From Spirogloea muscicola (Eukaryota): a stretch of 64,000 nucleotides of DNA. A program made the translations under genes and the position numbers. The notes under the pieces are model-generated. The model saw only the letters and a program-made list of their open reading frames with translations, was not told where the DNA came from and ran no database searches. Below are positions 62,150 to 64,000 of this stretch, piece by piece. Each line of letters opens with the position of its first letter. Position 1 is the stretch's first letter. The DNA is taken from NCBI GenBank assembly GCA_009602725.1, contig WELB01000012.1, forward strand, positions 804,619-868,618. The letters run 5' to 3'.

Positions 62150-64000
62150 TCACAAGATGGAGCCGTCAACTATGAGCTGTGGCTCCGGCTCCTGCTCCTC
62201 TGTCCTGTCCCGCAGCTCTTGCAGCTTCCTTTCTCGTACCTCGTCCATCAGTTGCCACGTCGAGTCGCTGATGAACTTCGTCTGAGGCAATCAACAGGAG
62301 TGAATCAGCAACAGCTCATGACCATTCAATCATGTCATACAGGTACCCAAAACCCGCTTCTATTCTTAGGATAGCAAGGTACGGAACATAAAGGCGTTGG
62401 ATTTACCAAATTGATCTTTGACACCGATTGCTCTGACTTGCAATCTATTAGATCAGCTCAATCTGCATGGCACGGACCTGTTGAAGCCTTGGAGCTCCGA
62501 AGGTGGCGTAGCCAACAGGGCCAGGATGGAACGTGGCTCGACCAGGCAGCGCCGTGCCGACTACGCCCCACCTGCCCACGTGCACAAGAGCACCGTACTC
62601 ATCCACCGGCCGTATCCTGTCCTGCAGGACAAGGGAGGGCTGGGAGCAACAGTCAGAGGCAGACACTGAGGGCACACACGCGTATTACATTTTAGCAACA
62701 GCAAGACGAGATTGCAAGACCTTGCGTGCCATGAACAGGCACTGCATGACAGACTTTGTCCTAGCTCTGGCAGCAGGGGACAAAGTCATACCTGTGCAAT
62801 GCGAGGGGCTCTGTTGAAAGCATTCCATATCTCCTCAGCTGACACTTCATCCTTCTCTGAGAGCATCTCTGCACGAGCAACCGTAAACGAATGAGCGCAA
62901 AAACTTTGAAACATAGCTACTTTGCGTGAAACCCTCGTTTACCTCATTTGCATGATTGTCAAGAAGACCTTGTGCTTCCCCCAGCTCTAATCATTATTCT
63001 AGTATTTACTGCGACGAATCCATGAGGCCAGCAGGTGTGCAACCACTTGGACATCTGATAAGGAGGGATCAGCAACCCACCAGCAATCGTCTCCACAGCA
63101 GACCTATATTCCTTCAGGATGGCAGTTGCCTTCTCCACAGCATACCGCATGTACTCGTCGCGCAAGGCCACAATCTTTGGCCCCAGCTGCCAGTGATACA
63201 AAGGGTAATACTGTCAATAAGCTGAACGCAAATCCATATGGGTTATCATCGAAAGCAGCCAGATCACACCTTACATATCACATCTTCATGCGACACTAAT
63301 TCATGGTCATGTCACCCATGCACATGTTTGACTGACCATGATTGATTTGGGCAAGTGTGTGTAAGTACATGGGTGACAACGTCCTGCTGTGTCTGGAAGG
63401 TGAGGGGGCCAAGCGCAGTCATTCCCGTGTTTAAGATGAGATAGTCAGCAAGCTGGGCAGCCTCCCCAAGCGCCGCACTTGACATCCACGACATGTTCTC
63501 CTTTCCAAAAATCATTTCCTCAATCACGCGAGCTGGAGCAGCAGACAAAGATTTGTGATGCTGAAATCTTTCAATGTGCCATGAAGGCAAGCAACATATA
63601 TACCATATAGTAGTGTGTTACAATGGAAGTGTGCATCAACAAGTCAAGCTAATAACACTATGCAGGCATTGTAGGCAAAGTGGCAAGACATCTTCTTAAG
63701 GGCCACTAGCCAAGTCCCCAAGCCTACTTGTGTCTGCCTTCATGAACATGGGGTAGGTCTACATACGAGCACAGGCGCGGACAATAGCATCCACAATTGC
63801 CGGTTTTCTGGCAAAGTGCCTGTGCTTGGGCTCGGCATACTCCATGTTCACGAGCGTGTCGATCTCCGTTGCGTTTGTCTACCTTGACCACAACACTCAA
63901 CCACAACACTTAGACATGAAGCAGAAGGCTTGCTGTTATAACAAAAGCAAGCAGACAAGGTCATCTGACCTCGCCCACACAATCATGTCTACAATTAGAC
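62150..64000 (-). CDS. FTSHI4: Proteolytically inactive plastid FtsH-like ATPase FtsHi4, 3' exons; 5' part outside window
   Basis: Spliced C-terminus FARKPAIVDAIVRACA|PRVIEEMIFGKENMSW...LILNTGMTALG, ALRDEYMRYAVEK, EEIWNAFNRAPRIAQ|DRIRPVDEYGALVHVGRWGVVGTALPGRATFHPGPVGYATFGAPR, ISDSTWQLMDE...* matches the FtsHi4 C-terminus as I recall it from Arabidopsis. Confidence 0.9.

Overview
Eukaryotic, GC-rich, intron-dense nuclear DNA. The gene set (NdhV-domain protein, FtsHi4, HIPL1, CCT-motif, plant-type MNS4 and IQ-BAG) points to a streptophyte green alga or early plant lineage; this is inference. All calls come from manual splicing, translation and motif recognition; no database search was run. The window holds 13 spliced protein genes: SDH2 (3' part), a CMAS/CNMT-like methyltransferase, ATG101, a PAP2 phosphatase, MNS4, a TAF15-like RRM/RanBP2-finger gene, a CCT-motif gene, an IQ-BAG gene, an F-box/LRR gene, a HIPL1-glyoxal-oxidase-like fusion, a Tubby/LURP-like gene, a CBM48-NdhV fusion and FtsHi4 (3' part). 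It also holds one tRNA-Ser(CGA), two pseudogene fragments and four N-gaps. Most notable: (1) a secreted HIPL1 (PQQ sugar-dehydrogenase-like) protein fused through an extensin-like linker to a copper-radical-oxidase fold that has lost most copper/cofactor residues; (2) a starch-binding CBM48 module fused to the NDH-1 subunit NdhV domain; (3) a Ty3/gypsy remnant carrying a cytosine-methyltransferase C-terminus, folded into an inverted repeat; (4) at least six subfamilies of 5'-truncated CRE-like non-LTR retroelements that mostly share a 3' stem-loop, nest in each other with target-site duplications and lie upstream of gene starts; (5) four GC-AG introns.
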